A DNA stretch of 64,000 nucleotides from an uncultured Planctomycetaceae bacterium. GTDB taxonomy: Bacteria; Planctomycetota; Planctomycetia; Isosphaerales; Isosphaeraceae. Both the position numbers and the translations under genes were made by a program. Shown here piece by piece: positions 28,366 to 41,100 of this stretch. Every line of letters begins with the position of its first letter. Position 1 is the stretch's first letter. The stretch spans positions 1,184,001 through 1,248,000 of the forward strand of contig CAWIAD010000002.1 of the NCBI GenBank assembly GCA_963833985.1, in the 5' to 3' direction. The notes below the pieces were generated by a model. It saw nothing but the letters and a program-made list of their open reading frames with translations, was not told the DNA's origin and searched no databases.

Positions 28366-31300
28366 ATGTCAGCCTTCTCGCGACAGTGCACCCAGAGAAG
28401 TTCGAGTACGGACTCCCTTTCCCGCGTAAGGCGAGCCAGGCGGCAATACACGGTGGAGATGCTGGAGGACCGCACGCTTCTCACTGGCATCTCGGGATTC
28501 AATGGCGGCAACGGTTGGACGCAAAACACCAACAACACGGGCGGACCCGTCTTCGTGGGTGATAGTGTCATTCTTACGGATGGGAACAACAACGAGGCTC
28601 GCAGCGCCATTTACGACGCGCCCCAGCCCATCAGTACCTGGTCCGCATCGTGGGACTACCAGTTGACGCAGCCAGGAGCCAGAGCGGACGGTGCAACGTT
28701 CATGCTGGAAAACCAGGCAAGCAACCCCACAAATGCCCTCGGTCAGGACGGAGGTGGACTTGGATATGCAAATATCAACAATAGTATTGCAATCAAGCTC
28801 GACTTCTACAGTAATGACGGCGAGGGCACCAACTCCACCGGATATTATACGAATGGCACTTACCCGAGTAACGCCAGTGATAACAACAACAAGACAGTCA
28901 ATCTCGACGGAACGGGAATCAAGCTACTGAGCGGCGACTTGCTGAACGTCGCCATGAGCTATGACGGCACCAACCTGAACGTGACGATCACGGACACCGT
29001 GACGGGCGGGACAGCGTACCAGTCGTACGCCGTGAACATCCCCGCGATCGTTGGAGCCTCCAGCGCCTATGTTGGTTTCACTGGAGCCACAGGAGATGGG
29101 ATTTCGACCCAGACAGTCAGCAATTTTTCGTTCCAGGGGCCCGGCACGGCCGTCGCGCTGAACTCCAGCGCCAATCCTAGCACCTCAGGGCAATCGGTGA
29201 CTTTCACCGCCACAGTCGCGGCGACTCCACCGGCCACGGGCACACCGACGGGCACGGTTGACTTTCTTGACGGTACGACCACTCTCGGCAGTGGAACTCT
29301 CAACAGTTCTGGCGTTGCCACCTACAGCACCACCAGCCTTGCGGTCGGCACTCACTCCATCACGGCTGCGTACCAGGGCGACCAGACATTCGCTGCCGGC
29401 ACGTCGGCCCCGGTGTCCCAGATTGTCAGTGCGGCTGCCACCACAACCGTGCTGAACTCGAGTCTCAACCCCAGCACTTTCAATCAGACCATCACATTCG
29501 TCGCAACCGTCACTTCCTCCGCCGGCACACCCTCCGGTACGATGGATTTCCTCGACGGCACGAATGTCATTGGCACAGCGCCTCTCAACGGATCGGGCGT
29601 TGCAGTATACAGTACAAGCACTCTGGCGAGCGGCACCCACTCGATCACCGCGGCATACGAGGGAAGTGGAAACTTCTCCTCCAGCACGTCCGTTTCCACG
29701 TCCCAGGTTGTGAACCCTGTCACAACCGCGACCGCCCTTGTCTCGAGCCTCAATCCGATTTCGTTCGGTCAGGCCGTCGGATTCACGGCTACCGTCACCT
29801 CGAGCCTAGGGCCACCTACCGGCGGCACAGTGACCTTCTTCGACGGCGGGTCTCCCCTGGGCAGCGGCACGGTGAGCAGTACGGGAGTGGCGACTTTTCT
29901 GACCACCACTTACCTGACGGCCGGCACGCACGCGATCACCGCGACCTACGTCGGCAGCACGAACTACGGGCCGAGCACCTCGGCCGCGGTGTTTCAGGTC
30001 GTCAACCCGGCCACCACGGTGACCCTGCTAACGACGACCGTGAACCCGAGTACGTTCACCCAGACAGTCACCTTCACGGCGAATGTCACGTCCCCCGCCG
30101 GACCGCTCGATGGGACCGTGAACTTCCTCGATGGCACGACACTGATCGGCAGTGTGCCCCTGAGCAACGGTGCGGCCAGTTTAACCACCAGCTTGCTGGC
30201 CGTGGGCACCCACCCGATCATGGCCGCATACCAGGGCAACCAGAACTTTGCCCCCAGCGCGTCGGCCCCCATCTCCCAGGTCGTGAACCCGCTCCCGACG
30301 GTCAACATCGGGCCGGCGACCATGACAGTTCCCGAAGCAGGGGGAACGGGGACCATCACGGCCACGCTCTCCGCCGTATCGACGCTCGCCACGATCGTCA
30401 CGATCAGCTTCGCGGGCGGCGCGGTACTGGGAACCAATTTCGACACGTCGATCGACGGCAGCCCACTTGACAGTACGACCCTGACCATTCCGGCAGGGAG
30501 CCTGAGCGGTCAGGTGACGCTGATCGGTAAGCTTGACGGTAAGTACGGGCCGGACCTCACGGTGAACGTGGGAATCGCCTCGACCGTGAACGGAATCCCG
30601 GGGGGTAGTACGGTCGAAGTGACGTTTCCCGAGGGGGACCCCAAGCCCGTCGTCTCCATTTCTCCGCCGACCAGCACCCTCGCGGAGATGGGGGGATCGG
30701 CCACGTTCGCGGTCACTATGAACGAGGTCTCCGGGGTCGACACGTCCGTCACGTTCAGCTATGGCGGCACGGCGACACTGGGCACGGATTTCAGCATCGC
30801 CGGCAATAACTACAATCCCACCACCAAGACGCTGGTGATCCCGGCGGGGATGACCCTCGGTCAGATCACGCTTTTTGGTCTGAACAATCAAACATTTGGT
30901 CCGGATCTGACCGCTGCGGTGACCATGCAGTCGGCGGTGAACGCGGCCATCTCCGCCATCCCCACGTCCATCGCGACAATCACCGAGGGAAACCCGGGAC
31001 CGACCGTCTCCCTGGCGTTGACCGGCAGCCCGATGCCCGAGGTCGGGGGGCAGGCGCTCGTGACCGCGTCGATTGCCAAGCCCTATGCCACTGACGTCCG
31101 CATCTTCCTGAACTTCACGGGCTCGGCGGTCCTGGGCGTGAACTACTCGGCATCGGGGACCTACTTCGACCCCACGACGAACTCGCTGCTCATCCCCGCG
31201 GGCGCGACCTCGAGCACGCTGGTGCTACAGGCGCTTGATGATGGTCGCTATGGGCCGAACCTGAACACCGTGGTCTCGATCCAGTCGCTCACTCCAGGGA

Positions 31301-34268
31301 TTGCGCCAGGCGGGCCGGTCACGGCAATCATCACCGAGGGCGATGCGCCTCCCACGGTCAATTTGAACGAGAGTACGAGTTCCATTTCCGAGAACGGTGG
31401 TCAGGTCGTCATCACGGCGACCCTCTCGGCCCCCTCGGGGCTGGACACGACCGTCCCGCTGACCTTCACGGGCACGGCCGCCTACGGCACGAATTACATC
31501 GTTGTGAGCCAGGCCTATAACCCGAATACCCAGAGCCTGTTGATCAAGGCCGGGCAGACGTCCGCAAGCCTCCTGCTGATCGGCCAGTCAGACGGCCAGT
31601 ATGGTCCCAACCTGACCGTAGTGATCGGTGTGGGCCCGACGGGTCCTGTGCTCACGAGTTCGCCGCTGAACGTGCTGATCGTGGAGAGCAGCCCGCCCCC
31701 CCAGCTCATGGTGAGCAACATTGGTCTGAGCGAAGCGGCCGGAACCGCGGTCTTCACGGTGGTCCTTTCCGAGCCCAGCCTGTTACCTGTGAACGTGTCT
31801 TACAATACGTTCGACATCAGCGCAGTGGCTGGCGTGGACTACCAGTCGACCAGCGGAACCCTGACCTTCGCGCCGGTGTTACCGTCCAGACCATCGCCGT
31901 TCCCGTCCTGGATGACCACCTCTACGGACCGCCCAGCAAGCTCTTCGGGTTGCAGCTCAATGTGGGTGCCAACGCCACGCCGAGCTCGCTCCAGGCCACA
32001 GCCGCACTCCTTGAGGCCGACCCCCAACCGCAAGTGACGGTCGGCGACGTGACCGTGCTCAAGCCCACTTCCGGGCAGATCCAGGCGACCTTCACGGTCA
32101 GCCTTTCGAACGCCAGCGACTTGCCCACCACGGTCAATTACACGACCTCCGACATCACAGCCAAGGCCGGGACCGATTACCTCTCGAATTCCGGTTCCAT
32201 CACGTTTGCTCCCGGCCAGACCACCCAGCTCGTTCCGGTGACCGTAGTCGGGAATGCGTCGCCCACCGGCAACTTGACCTTCGGCTTCAACCTGACGAGT
32301 GCTCTGAACGCGAGCATTGCCCGCACGCAGGCGATCGGCACCATCAACGACGTGAATCCCGCCGTCGGCCTGTACGTGGCCAATACCGTGGCAACAGTCG
32401 ATGGCCCGGGGAACACTCAGGCAGTCTTCACGGTGACCCTCGCGCCCGCTCGGCTCGGTCAGGTCGTCACCGTGCAGTACATGACCATCGACGGAGACGC
32501 CCTCGCGAATCGTGATTACCTGCCGAGCCAGGGGATCCTCACGTTCGAACCCGGCGTGTCGTCCCTGACCGTACCAGTCACCGTTCTCGGCGCGTTGACC
32601 CCCCAGCCGACCCGAGAGTTCACACTGTTGCTCTCTTACGCGAACCCGTCGGGAACCGCCATCAGCCTCTCCGAGGCCACCGCAACAATCCTCAACTCGA
32701 TCGTCGTGCCGACCATTTCCATCAATAACGTGGACGTGCTGCGTAGTAGCTCGGGTACAACCCCGGCGACCTTCACGGTCAGCCTCTCCGCCCCGACGCA
32801 GGAGACGATCTCCGTCAACTACATGACCAGTGATGGGACGGCAATCGCGGGCATCGATTACCTTCCCGTCTACGGCACGCTCACGTTTCTGCCCGGTGAG
32901 ACCAGCCTGCCCATCTCGGTGCCTGTGATCGGCAGCAGCGAGTACAGCCCCAACAAGACGTTTTCGGTCATTCTCAGTTCCCCAACCGCCGGCAAGCTCG
33001 ACGCACTTCAATCGAGGGGAACCGCAACCATCCTCAGCCAGGTCCCCCTTCCTTCGATCAACTGGCTGCCGGTCAATGCCGTGGAAGGGGTTCTGTTGAA
33101 CAACGTCGCGCTGGCCTCTTTGACCACGGGAACGCCCTCCGGAGCCCCGGTGCCGCCAGGCACCTACTTCGCATCCATCAACTGGGGTGACGGGACCGGC
33201 GTTTCTCAGGGGCAGCTGGTCTCGCAAGCAGCGCCGTCGGCGACGCTGGTCCTGGGGAGTCATCGCTATGCCGAGTCGGGAACCTACACGGTCCGGATCA
33301 CTCTCGGCAACAGCAGCACTCCGGTAGTCACGACCGGGAGTAACCCGCTGATCGTGGCCGAGGCGCCGATCGTCCTGACGGGCGGGCTCGACCCGGCCAG
33401 CGACAGCGGCATCTCGCACAGCGACGGCATCACGAACGTGACCCAGCCGGTCTTCGACGGTACGTCGGAAGCCTTCTCCACGGTGAGCGTCTACGCACAG
33501 CCGACCAGCGGCGGGGCTCGACAGCTCCTGGGGACCACGGTCACGAATGCCTCGGGAGCCTGGGGGCTGCAATCGACGGTGGCCCTGGCCGATGGTACTT
33601 ATACGGTCATCGCCCAGGCCGTGGATCAAAGCGGTGGGGCGACGGCACAGACCCAGCTTCTCCCCGGGGGAACAACCGGCCCGCTGATCATCGACACGGT
33701 CGGCCCAACGGTGACCAGCGCGGTGTTCGCCCGGCTGGAGGGATCGGTCTTTGTCACCTTCCAGGACAACCTGAGTGGGCTGTCCATGGCGACAGTCGTC
33801 AGCGGCGCGAATTATTCGCTCAACAAGCTGGTACACGGCCAGCCGGGACAGTTCTTCCCCAGCAACATCAGCCTGATTGCGAGCGGTGGGCCGACAGCCC
33901 CTCAGCAGGTGAGGATCAGCTTCAACGGCGGCCGTTACATCCGGGGCGGACAGTACCTGCTGACCATCCTCTCCGGAGGTGTCACCGATGTCGCCGGGAA
34001 CGCCCTGGACGGCGAGTTCTACGGCACCTTCCCCTCGGGCAATGGCACGCCGGGAGGCAATTACTATGCTGGCCTGGACGCCATACACAACAGCGTCTTC
34101 GCGCCCAAGCCGATCACCAGCGTCTACACCTCGCCCACGGGTTCAGGCAGGAGGCCACCCACGCGGAGCAGGAACCCGGGCAAGCAACCGCCGACGCAAA
34201 GCAAGTCCGGCAAACTTCTGCCGGTCGGCAGCATCCATAATGGCAGACAGGTCGTGAACCATTTCTGA
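28366..34268 (+). CDS. Giant surface protein: LEPR-XLL-type N-terminus, L-type lectin, four Big_3-like Ig repeats, Calx-beta repeats, further Ig-like domains; frameshift near 31875
   Basis: VEMLEDRTLL; ADGATF...AYVGFTGATG; repeated NPS...VTFTATV...GTHSITAAY; DY...GTLTFAPG; TFAP continues as GVTVQTIAVPVLDD in the next frame. Confidence 0.88.
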
Positions 34269-34328
34269 CGAGGACGGATCGGAGATGGTGTGCACATTCA
34301 GCCGATTCGATCCAGTAGATTGATTGAT

Positions 34329-36434
34329 TCAGTAGAGGACACGCAACTCGGTGCGAACCCACGGGTCGGCCCAGTAGTGGTACGAGACAGGCCAGGTGAC
34401 CGCGGTACCGAAATCGACGCGCTTGCAAATCGACATGCGCAGTCCGGGGCCGATGTTGAAGTAGGATTCGTTGCTGGACTTCGAGGGGCCCGTGAACGGG
34501 TTGGTGTAAAGGCCGTCCTGGAAAGACCATCCGTCCATCTCCAGGGTTCCGATGAGGGGAACCTCCGGGGCGGCGCGGTAGAGCACGTGATTGAACGCAA
34601 AAGCATATTTGAGAATGCCGCCGGCGTAGGACTGATCGCCGCCGATCGGAATCCACTCGGCGAGCTGGCCCTGAAAGTAGGTTTCGGGTCCGAGCTTGAT
34701 GCTCGTGAGCAAGGACGGCTCGAGAGAGATGTGGCCGTTGCCCAGACCCTGTCCCACATTGCCGATGGGAAAGTAAGTGCGGAACTGGAAGGTGAGCTGT
34801 ATCAGCTCGCAGTCCAGCAGCAACGATTTGGTGCCGATGTTCATGTCGGAAAAGCCGGCGGCATGGCGAAACGTGCCGATGTTCGGCTGCGCGTTGGGGG
34901 CATTGGGGTAGGCGTTGAGCGATGAATAGGGGATCTCGACAAAGAACGACCCTCTCTTGGAGGCGGCCTCGGTGTAGAACGAGCCGACGTTCATGTTGAG
35001 GTAGGACCAGCCTCTGACGATGCTGCCCCGGGGCCCCACGAGCAGAGGCGGCTTTGGGCCTTTCCCCTGAAATTTCCCCTGGTAGTTGTACATCGCCTGG
35101 GCCCACCAGTATTCGTTGCGGTCGGGGAACTCAAGGTGGGGCATGGCGTCATAGCGGAATCGTGTCAGGGTCTGGGGCCGCGCGTAGTCCACGAAGAATG
35201 CGGCATTGGCCTCGGGAACCCAGCTCGGCTGGTAGCAGGGGTCGGGGCAGCAAATACACTCGTAGAGGTTGGCGAAGAAGCGCCCGACCGCGGTATGGGT
35301 CTCGATGGGATAGCACGCCTTCTGGCCGGGAAAGCACGTGCCCCGGCCTCCGCATGTCAGGCACGAATTCGTGCTGCCGGAGAGATGTCCGCTGCCCCCG
35401 CAGGTTGGGCACGAGACGCTGATGACGTCGGCATCGGTTCGCGGCTTCTCGCCGGGTCCTGGCCCGGCAACGGAGAGTGGCGATGTTGCCGACGGGGTGT
35501 CGCGGCTGCCGGCAGGGGCCTGCGTGGCCGGCGCGTTTCCCGGACCGGGAGCAGCCAGGATATCGACGGCTCGTGCAATGCCGGCCGGTACGCCGGGCGG
35601 CGCTGGGACGTTGTCGGGTAAGCGTGGAAGCTCGGCTGTCGGAGGCGTGCGGAGTGGCTCTGTCCGAACCTCAATCGATGTGTCAGCGGCCTGGATCACC
35701 TCCGGGTCCAGTGGCCGGGGATGCGCAGTGGATGTCTCGCTTTTTCCGGTGTCGTCGCGCGCCCATCCGTCTTCGAGGCCGGGCCAGCCGCGAGGCTCCG
35801 TGGGATCCCTGGCGCCGGAAGGCACGGAAGCGTCCTCCTCCCAGTCGCTGGCGGCAGTACGCCCGGGCTCGAGAGAGCTCGTGACGCTTTCGGACTGTGT
35901 CCAGTCGTCATCGCGAGCGCTCGTGGTGGTGCCCCGTTTTTCGGACGCATCGTCCCAGCCCGTCACTCGGCGGCGCAGGCTGGCTTTGTGCTCCGCGCGT
36001 GGCGGAGTGAGCCCGGTTCCCGTTTGCCCGCGCGGGCGATCGCTCTGCGACCATTCGTCCTCCTCGGCGTCCGCGGGTCGCTCGTCGCCAGAGGGGTCCT
36101 CGTTCGCGAACCCTCGGGATTCGCTCTCACGTTCCGGACGATACAAGTCCTCGCCGGCGCACGGTCGCCTGAGAGGCTGATACACGGTTTCGTCGTTCGC
36201 GTCGAGTCTCTCCTTTCCAGGTACGGACGAAGGGTCCGAACGATCCGTGCGGCCCGCCGTGGTGCCGGTGCCGGCACCCTTCGGGATCCAGGAGATGGAG
36301 ACGTCCAGGGGAATCGAAGGCTTGAGGGTCACCAGCAGAAGGCTGCCCAGCAGGGCAACGAGAACCCAGGCGAGCCGGTTTGAGCCGCGCTGACGGTGCG
36401 ACCCGACGGTCTGGGATCTCTCAGCGCCGTTCAC
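34329..36434 (-). CDS. Exported protein with disordered N-terminus, Cys-rich linker and probable outer-membrane beta-barrel C-terminus
   Basis: N-terminal hydrophobic helix; CPTC, CLTC and CICCPDPC; GFSDMNIGTK...GLGNGHISLEPSLL; terminal ...ELRVLY. Confidence 0.65.
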   Translation of the reverse strand: MNGAERSQTVGSHRQRGSNRLAWVLVALLGSLLLVTLKPSIPLDVSISWIPKGAGTGTTAGRTDRSDPSSVPGKERLDANDETVYQPLRRPCAGEDLYRPERESESRGFANEDPSGDERPADAEEDEWSQSDRPRGQTGTGLTPPRAEHKASLRRRVTGWDDASEKRGTTTSARDDDWTQSESVTSSLEPGRTAASDWEEDASVPSGARDPTEPRGWPGLEDGWARDDTGKSETSTAHPRPLDPEVIQAADTSIEVRTEPLRTPPTAELPRLPDNVPAPPGVPAGIARAVDILAAPGPGNAPATQAPAGSRDTPSATSPLSVAGPGPGEKPRTDADVISVSCPTCGGSGHLSGSTNSCLTCGGRGTCFPGQKACYPIETHTAVGRFFANLYECICCPDPCYQPSWVPEANAAFFVDYARPQTLTRFRYDAMPHLEFPDRNEYWWAQAMYNYQGKFQGKGPKPPLLVGPRGSIVRGWSYLNMNVGSFYTEAASKRGSFFVEIPYSSLNAYPNAPNAQPNIGTFRHAAGFSDMNIGTKSLLLDCELIQLTFQFRTYFPIGNVGQGLGNGHISLEPSLLTSIKLGPETYFQGQLAEWIPIGGDQSYAGGILKYAFAFNHVLYRAAPEVPLIGTLEMDGWSFQDGLYTNPFTGPSKSSNESYFNIGPGLRMSICKRVDFGTAVTWPVSYHYWADPWVRTELRVLY

Positions 36435-36823
36435 GATCGGCCACCCTTCAATGGTTCACTCCGATGCCCGCGCGCATCAATGCGAGCGAGGCTCTGCGAG
36501 GCCTGCAAGCTTCACGGTGGTGCAGGCCCAGGTTCTGAGCGGGCCACGGGATTGTCGGCGCCCGAGAAAACGAGGCATCCCGGCAGGGATGAGACACATC
36601 CGCAAACGACAGGAGATGGACCACATCGGGAATCGGCAACCCGAGGGGCGGCGGTTTATACACGAATACCGCCGGCGGCACAAGCCAGGATCCGCAGTTT
36701 CGTCAAAAGCGTCCAGACCGGCAAAATCATCAGGGTCGTGCGTGTCTGGAGCCGATGAGTGTCGCCGAGGGCCCTGATATTCTGGAAGAGTCACGCGGGT
36801 TTCGGCGCGCCGGAGACGGTCGC

Positions 36824-38095
36824 ATGAGTAAAGGGTTGATCTTGTTTCTGTGCCTGTCCGCCTGGGTCGGGGCGATTGCGGGTCTGGCAGTACCGGCTCA
36901 CGCGCAGTTTTCCGTCCCGTCCCCTGTGATCCCGTCCAGTCCCGTGCCCTCGGCGGCAGGGCTGGCGGCCCCCGCAGCGTTGGCGGCCCCGGTGGCGGCA
37001 CCCCGGACGCTCTGGAGCAGTCTGGGTTTGAGCGCGGCGAGTATCCACGCCTGCCGGGACAAGCTGTGTGCCTCGCCGCTCGGGCAGATGATGAATGGTA
37101 TGCTGCTTCCGATGGGATCGCTCACAGGCGGTCTGATTCCCACGATTTGCCCGACGAACACGAATGCATCGAACCTGGCGGACCAGCCGGGGGGACCGGC
37201 GGGACCGGCAGGAGCACAGGCAGCCGCAGCCGCCATCCAGGCAGACGTGGCCGGAGCAGGGGCCCGGATCGCGGCGATCGAATACCTGGCAACGGTGGAT
37301 TGTCATTACTGGCCCGAGGCCGAGGCGGCGTTGATCGGCCGGCTGCGTGGCGACCGGGTGGAGTGCGTGCGGTTCGCCGCGGCACGGGCCCTCGGTTCGG
37401 GTTGCTGCTGCACCAAGAAGACCATCGAGGCCCTCGAGCTGGTGGTCGCGGGCGAGGACAAGGACGGGTTTCCGTCCGAGACCTCGGAGCGCGTGCTTGC
37501 TGCCTCGAGCGATGCGCTGCAAAACTGCATGACGCGCCTCGAGGGCGTGCCAACCCCACCCGAGCCGCCCGAACCTCCTGAGCCAGCGACTCCCAAACCT
37601 CCCGAGCCGCCAGGCTCCGGCGGTGCCAGTCCCTTCTCACCGAAGGTCGGTCAGCGTCCCAGGGACGCCCTGGGGTATTACGATCTGGCCAGCCAGCGCC
37701 GATCGCTGGCCCAGGTGAAGGCCGACGGCAAGCGCATCCTGGCCCAGGCAAAGTCTCAGGGTGTGGGAAAACGCACCCTGACCACCGGCAATCGAAGCGT
37801 CTTCGGAGCCATGGCCCATGCTTCCTCGCCGTATTCCCATGGCGATCGCGGCGCGACGGTCTTGAACCTGGAACACGAGGCCGTGGCCGAGCCCGCGCAG
37901 CCGGCCATCGAGAACCAGCCGCAGGAACCTGCGCAGGCCGGCTCCGATCGAGCCGGGGACCGATCCGTTACCCGGGCGAACGACCCGGATGCCGGCGAAA
38001 CGCGGAAACCGCGATCGGCCTTCCAGTTAATCCGCCGCTCACTCTTTCCTCGAGCGGACGCAAATCTGGAGCAACCCGCTGCATCCCGGCCCTGA
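36824..38095 (+). CDS. Secreted Cys-rich HEAT-repeat protein
   Basis: Signal peptide MSKGLILFLCLSAW...AHA; AAIEYLATVDCHYWPEAEAALIGRLRGDRVECVRFAAARAL. Confidence 0.75.
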   Translation: MSKGLILFLCLSAWVGAIAGLAVPAHAQFSVPSPVIPSSPVPSAAGLAAPAALAAPVAAPRTLWSSLGLSAASIHACRDKLCASPLGQMMNGMLLPMGSLTGGLIPTICPTNTNASNLADQPGGPAGPAGAQAAAAAIQADVAGAGARIAAIEYLATVDCHYWPEAEAALIGRLRGDRVECVRFAAARALGSGCCCTKKTIEALELVVAGEDKDGFPSETSERVLAASSDALQNCMTRLEGVPTPPEPPEPPEPATPKPPEPPGSGGASPFSPKVGQRPRDALGYYDLASQRRSLAQVKADGKRILAQAKSQGVGKRTLTTGNRSVFGAMAHASSPYSHGDRGATVLNLEHEAVAEPAQPAIENQPQEPAQAGSDRAGDRSVTRANDPDAGETRKPRSAFQLIRRSLFPRADANLEQPAASRP

Positions 38096-38137
38096 GCCGT
38101 CGTTTGCGACCCGCGTATCGACTTCGCCAACAAAAAT

Positions 38138-41100
38138 GTGGAGTCGTATCAAGCTTGGGTTTATACTTCCACAGATTCAGCTCTCCATGAACATCTCTAT
38201 GAGCGGCGCACCATGCCATCTCGCCCAGGAACAGGGACAGGTCAGTCGTGGCGGTCCGCGGAAAACGGTCCGGAAGAAAACGCTGCGGGGCCCGCGTGGA
38301 CCCGAGCGCGGAGCCTGAAGCCCTACAGGCAGCAGCACTGGCGCTGGCCGGTGATTGTGCTGCTGGCACTGGCCTTGCCGGTTGTGCTTGGTTCACTGAT
38401 CTGGATGGTCCAGCGGCTGCGGCTGCCCACGCCGGCGCACCTCGAACTCGTGTGTGCGGGTTATGAGCTCAACGTCCAGGTCCCGCACAATGTTCCGGCG
38501 AAGAATGCGCTCAGGAGGCTGTCTCGAGTCGCCAGGTCCACCGGAGGGCAGTGGTTCGAGAAGCTGGCCCGCTATCATCAAGGGCCCAGAGAACTGGCTG
38601 ACTTGGACATCCAGTCCAGCGCGGCCTGGAAGGCAGCAGGGAACCAGCCGAGCCGCAAGGCGGTCGAGCTTGCGAAGCTGAAATCCCCGACCGTGATCAT
38701 CGTCATGGCGCTGCACGGCGCCGTCGATGAATCGGGCGCCTATTTCCTGCTTCAGGATAGCAAGGCGACCCCGGATCCGGGGAACCGCCTGCGCCTCGCC
38801 GATGTGCTCGAGACCCTGGCCAACCTTCCTCCGTCCCAGAACAAGGTGTTGATCCTGGATGCGACCCGGCTGGAATACCACTTCGAGCTGGGGATGATCA
38901 ACAACAGCTTTGCAGAGCAGCTCGAAGAGCCTGGAAAAACGAATTCTGGAAATCCCCCGGCTGGTCGTAATCAGTGCCAGCAGAGTGAACGAGAAATCCT
39001 GGGTTGATCGCTCGAACAACGAAAGCGTTTTCTTGAGAACGCTGATCGACCACATGATCGTCCCCCGGAACAAGGGCGGGCGACTGAGCCTTGATCATCT
39101 TTTCGAGGCCGTCCGTGAGGACGTCGCGGACTGGGTCTGGGCTCATCGTGAAGCCCTGCAACGGCCGGTGCTGCTGCCGCGCGGCGAGGCAGGCAGGAAT
39201 CGCGCCGCGGCCATCGAGCTGCCGGTGCTGCTGGCCGAGTCGCCCGTTGAAAACCCGCCGGTGGACTCCGGGCAGCTCAGTGCCGAATTGCAGGCGGTGT
39301 GGAAAGAATACCACCACGTCGAAGGCCCGGAAGACCCTCCTTACATGCCCTACATCACCTCACCGGGTTTCTGGCGGCTCTACCAGGCCAACGTGACCCG
39401 CTTCGATGAGCTGGCGCGCGCTGGCGACGTGGAGTCGGCCAGGGTGCTGGAACAGCGGTTCCAGCTCCTGGAAACCGAGATGCGCGGCGTCCAGGTGCGA
39501 AAGCTCGGCGCGGCACTCGGGACGCTGGCCATGCCGATACTGACGGGTGAGATGGATCCGTACCTCGCCGTCGACCGCAGGATCCCGGAGCGGTTCGATA
39601 AACTCTGGAAGCTCCCCGAGCCGGAACAACCGGGGGAATGGAACCGCTGGAAGGCCGAGGCTGCCACGTATCAAACGGCCTCCGGGGATGTTCCGTCGGA
39701 TGCGCGGCCCGGAACGGCCGTAGCCGGCTCCGACTCAGGCACATCGCATCCCCAGTGGCTGGCAGCCCAGGTGGGAGCACTGATCCTGGATCGGGCCTGC
39801 GCGGACCCTGCCGGGAATCTGTCACGCGCCGCCCGACTGGCCAGAGTCCTCGAGGACCCGCTGGAGATCCGACCCCAGGAATTGCACTTCCTGATCATGC
39901 TGGATCGGGACTTGCCTCTTCCCACCCTGAGGGAACATCCCCGGATCATGGCATTGGCCCTGAAGGTCCGCCGCCTGGCCGAGCGTGCCATGATCGGTGT
40001 GCAGGAGGAAGGTCAAACGCGTGAGAACACCGTGGCCATCCCGGAAGTTTCCGCCCTTCTCAGGCAGGCCATGGCGCTGGGCGATGAGCGGAGGCAGCAT
40101 GGTCAGGATCTGCTCTTCGCGACCGACAAGGCGAGTTTGCAGGACGCCGAGGCGGCCCTGAAGGAAGCGGAAAGCTGGTACCGTAACGCGATTTCTTATG
40201 GAGCAAAGATCCGCGTAGCCCTGCGCCTCCGGGATCGTGCGTTCTCCGATTTGCCAGGTTACACCAGCTGGGTCCTGCAATTGAGGTTTCCTCGAGGCCG
40301 GCCCCAGGTCCTCGAGGTCCTGCGCAATCATCTGGGGGATTTCTGGAAGAAGGCCCATCGGCTCAACGAGGCACTCGCGCGCGTGGATTTGCCGGCAACG
40401 GCTCGCACCAACCCGTATACCGCTGTCACCGATCTGAGCCGAGAGACCGAGCACCTGAGCCAGCTCACGACCGAGCTGAATCAAGCCTTCGCCGTGATCA
40501 GAACCGACTTGACCGCTTACGTCGGGACGATTCTCAGGTCCCCGGGCAAAAACATGGCCGAGTTGTGCGCCAGTCACCTGGCGCTGACGGTTCTGGAGCG
40601 CGAGGATCGAGAGAATCTCGAAAAGGCCTACTGGGAAGCCCGCGATCGAGAAAAGGCAACCGGGTCGGGCCAGGCATCGGGAGGGTCCGAGATCAGCCCT
40701 GTCGAGCAGCAGAGCGAGGCCTGGGTGCTGACGAGGAATCGAGGTCTGATTGCGCTGGAAGTCCTGGGAGATCGCGAGCTTTCCCGCGACTGTACCTCTC
40801 CCGAAACGACGACCGTGTCGGTGGGCCAGCCCGCGGTGTCCGCGGACAGGTATTACCAGTTGAAGGAGTTCCTCGGGTCACTGGCCGAAGACGAGATCAG
40901 GCCGGAAACCGGCCGGGAGCGACGGGTCGATCTGATGCAGTTCGGCCATGAGATTGGCGACCGATTCGCTTGCCTGGTGCAGCGCTTCAACATGCAGAGC
41001 CAGCTCCTGATCGGATCAAGCAAGACCGACGCTTCCCGGTCCGGGGGACGATCGGTCCGGCTGGCGGACGATGATCTGATCCGACGCGTCGGACTTGTGT

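Noticed and set aside
31839..34088. 749-aa minus-strand ORF
   Set aside because: Antisense shadow of the adhesin; no recognisable motifs, and long shadows are expected at high GC.
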